A DNA stretch of 64,000 nt from the human T2T-CHM13v2.0 reference genome, Homo sapiens: the NCBI RefSeq assembly GCF_009914755.1, contig NC_060930.1; one strand, given 5' to 3'. Below the pieces are notes generated by a model that was given only the letters and a program-made list of their open reading frames with translations, made no database searches and was not told the DNA's origin. The translations under genes were made by a program, and so were the position numbers. Shown here piece after piece: positions 61,848 to 64,000 of this stretch; position 1 is the stretch's first letter; each line of letters opens with the position of its first letter.

Positions 61848-63389
61848 TAATTGGTTTTTGGAAGTCCAAAATCTTATCTTCATTTATCACAAGCAAAACT
61901 TGGAGATCTCACAGATTAATTTATGCCCAAACCATAGAACTGAGAAGTATGAAGGATGTGATAAGAAAGGGTTTGGGTTTTTCTCTTACTCCTAAAGGAG
62001 ATGCGGCTGAGTGGGCAGGTGGACCTGGAGAATCCCTAAGGTGATGTGGGAGGATAGGAGAGAGCTTTGCACGTCTGGCCACCAGGAGCAGAGGGGCACA
62101 GCAGAAGCAGTCAAAAAGGGAGTAAAGGAACAATTAACATCAGCAACAGGTGTCAGCAAAGAAGACAAATTACAGACCCTTGCCTGCCCTTGATATCATG
62201 ATCCTCGTCATGAATCACTTAGCCCACTATCTGCATTATGGGAGCTACGTGAGAATGTTGTTGCTTCGTGTTATCATCACCATTGTTACGAATAGGCAGG
62301 AGCACTCCTCAGCCACTGCTGGAATCAAGCACTTGACAATTATTGTAGGCTACTGGAAGGAGCAACCTCTGACTCCTTAGAGAGCATCAGTGCACAGCTG
62401 GGCCCCCCACACACTCAGACCTGGGAGGCTCAGAGCTCAGAATGAAGTAGAATATAGGATTCTGAGAAGCCTGGAGCCCTGCATCCCTCTGGTGACTCCA
62501 CCAGTGTCCAATGTTGAAGGAGCTGAAGTTAGCCTGGAGAGATTCAGAAAAAGGGGAAAGGAAGAGGGTGGTCCTAGGAGGCTTGAGATGCAGAGAGAAA
62601 ACTTGGATATTCAGGCATCGCTGAACCCCTAGATGCAGATCTGGGTAAAGTCTGATGTGGCCTGGACAAGGCTACTAACCAGGGTCTTAATTGTTCCTTC
62701 TCTTTTGCTCTTCTTTAGCCCACAAGTGATCTTGGATGCTTTCCATGGCTCCTTCCTCTTCCACTAATCCTCCCTTGGAGCTGCGACGACTCCAAGTACA
62801 GGATTCTTTGATTGGCTCAATGAGTCTCATTTTTTTTGGCTTTTGTCTTTTAATTCCTACTTATTAATCTGTAGGATTTGAACTGTTTTTTATTATTAAC
62901 ATATACATGTTTATAAATTAAAATGTGTGGAGATTCATACTCCTTCCAATAACAGATTGGAAGCTCTTATGAGACAGGGAATTTGCCTTCTACAGGAGGT
63001 ATTCTATTTTAAGCTATGCAAACAGGAGTATTTTAAAATGTTAACTGACATCTATGCTTCTCAATTCTGATAGGGGGAATGGTTGAGTGTCTGTCCTCAG
63101 CGTCATAGGTGAAAATATTAAACAGCACTAGATGTTCCAAACTTGTTTGTTTTTCTTTCCCAAGAGGACTGCCTTGCATCTCCCTAACCAGTTTCACCTG
63201 GTGGCTCACCAAACCATAACCTTATTCAATAAATTTGCCAGGAAAATGATGTCACAGAAGCTGAACTTAATAACCTTTAGAACAAACCAGGATTTCTGGC
63301 TTCACTGGTTGGCTCAAAGTATCTGGAGTACTTGTTCATGTTTTCTTGACTTTATTCTACATTTAATTTTATTTAAAACTTAGTATTGA

Positions 63390-63485
63390 CTGGCAAATTA
63401 ATGAGGTTTAATGAGATAACATATGTAAAATATCTCATACTTTACGCAGCTTTGACACCAGGCAAGCTCTCTCAATATGAGCTCT
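63390..63485 (+). mobile_element. MIR 3' fragment
   Basis: tgaggtttaatgagataacatatgtaaaa MIR core motif. Confidence 0.6.
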
Positions 63486-64000
63486 TCTTATTACCTGATC
63501 TTTGGAGAAGTTCTCTTATTTTACATCCTCTGATGGAATTATGTACCACATTATGTGAGAAAGTAATGTCAAAGTTGTTGAACATGCGTGCCGTGTTTAA
63601 CATTTTTAAGGTATCCTCCCTCTCTTATTTTCCCTGCATTTTCTACTATCTAAAATGGTCTCAAATATTAACACAGTAAGAACTACATGAAAAGAAACTG
63701 CATTCTCTGTGCATTTCATGGCCTCTTTACCCAGAAAGGGCTGGCCTAGTTTCTTATTTCCACAGGGACATTTTGCACAGCCCACATTCAGCTTGACTGT
63801 TAGCAGCCGTGGCATGTGATTTTTTTTTTCAGCCAAATCTAGACATCCACACAACCCTAAAACTTGGTGAGAAAGCTGACGCGCCTCTTGGGAAATGGAT
63901 TTGTAAGAAAATTACCATTCATTTAGGCAAACTGACTACTCTGAGTTAGATCTCTGAGGATACGATGATGAGATTCATGTCTGGAAAATGAGTGGGGGAG

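Noticed and set aside
62011-62632. Cluster of short plus-strand ORFs in apparently unique sequence
   Set aside because: No recognisable domain or consistent frame; lengths are within chance range.
62691-62830. Strong pyrimidine tract and AG at 62718 as an exon start
   Set aside because: No convincing donor or reading frame follows, and isolated acceptor-like tracts are common.

Overview
This is repeat-dense primate non-genic DNA, almost certainly human because it carries an AluYa5 and an AluYb8-type insertion. I see no intact protein-coding gene, RNA gene or CRISPR array, and the ORF track is explained by L1, HERV-H, Alu and chance ORFs. Main elements: a HERV-H provirus (18797-23658, minus) whose 5' LTR is reduced to 70 bp; an old, nearly full-length L1PB-like element with an internal ORF2 deletion; a nearly full-length L1PA5-like element inverted by twin priming (40979-47032); and a full-length L1PA7-like element carrying a ~527-bp 3' transduction that was polyadenylated at a captured LTR47 signal (52726-60066). 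There are also many solo LTRs (MaLR, MER4, MER41A, LTR1-like, LTR12), Alus and DNA-transposon relics. Signals not explained by repeats: a stop-depleted, coding-like minus-strand tract at ~11.5-13.4 kb (candidate ancient pseudogene, interrupted by an MLT1), and a candidate CTCF motif and 24-nt microexon in the island between the two young L1s. I cannot support a novel multi-gene biological system. Subfamily names come from recalled consensus features, not from a RepeatMasker run.
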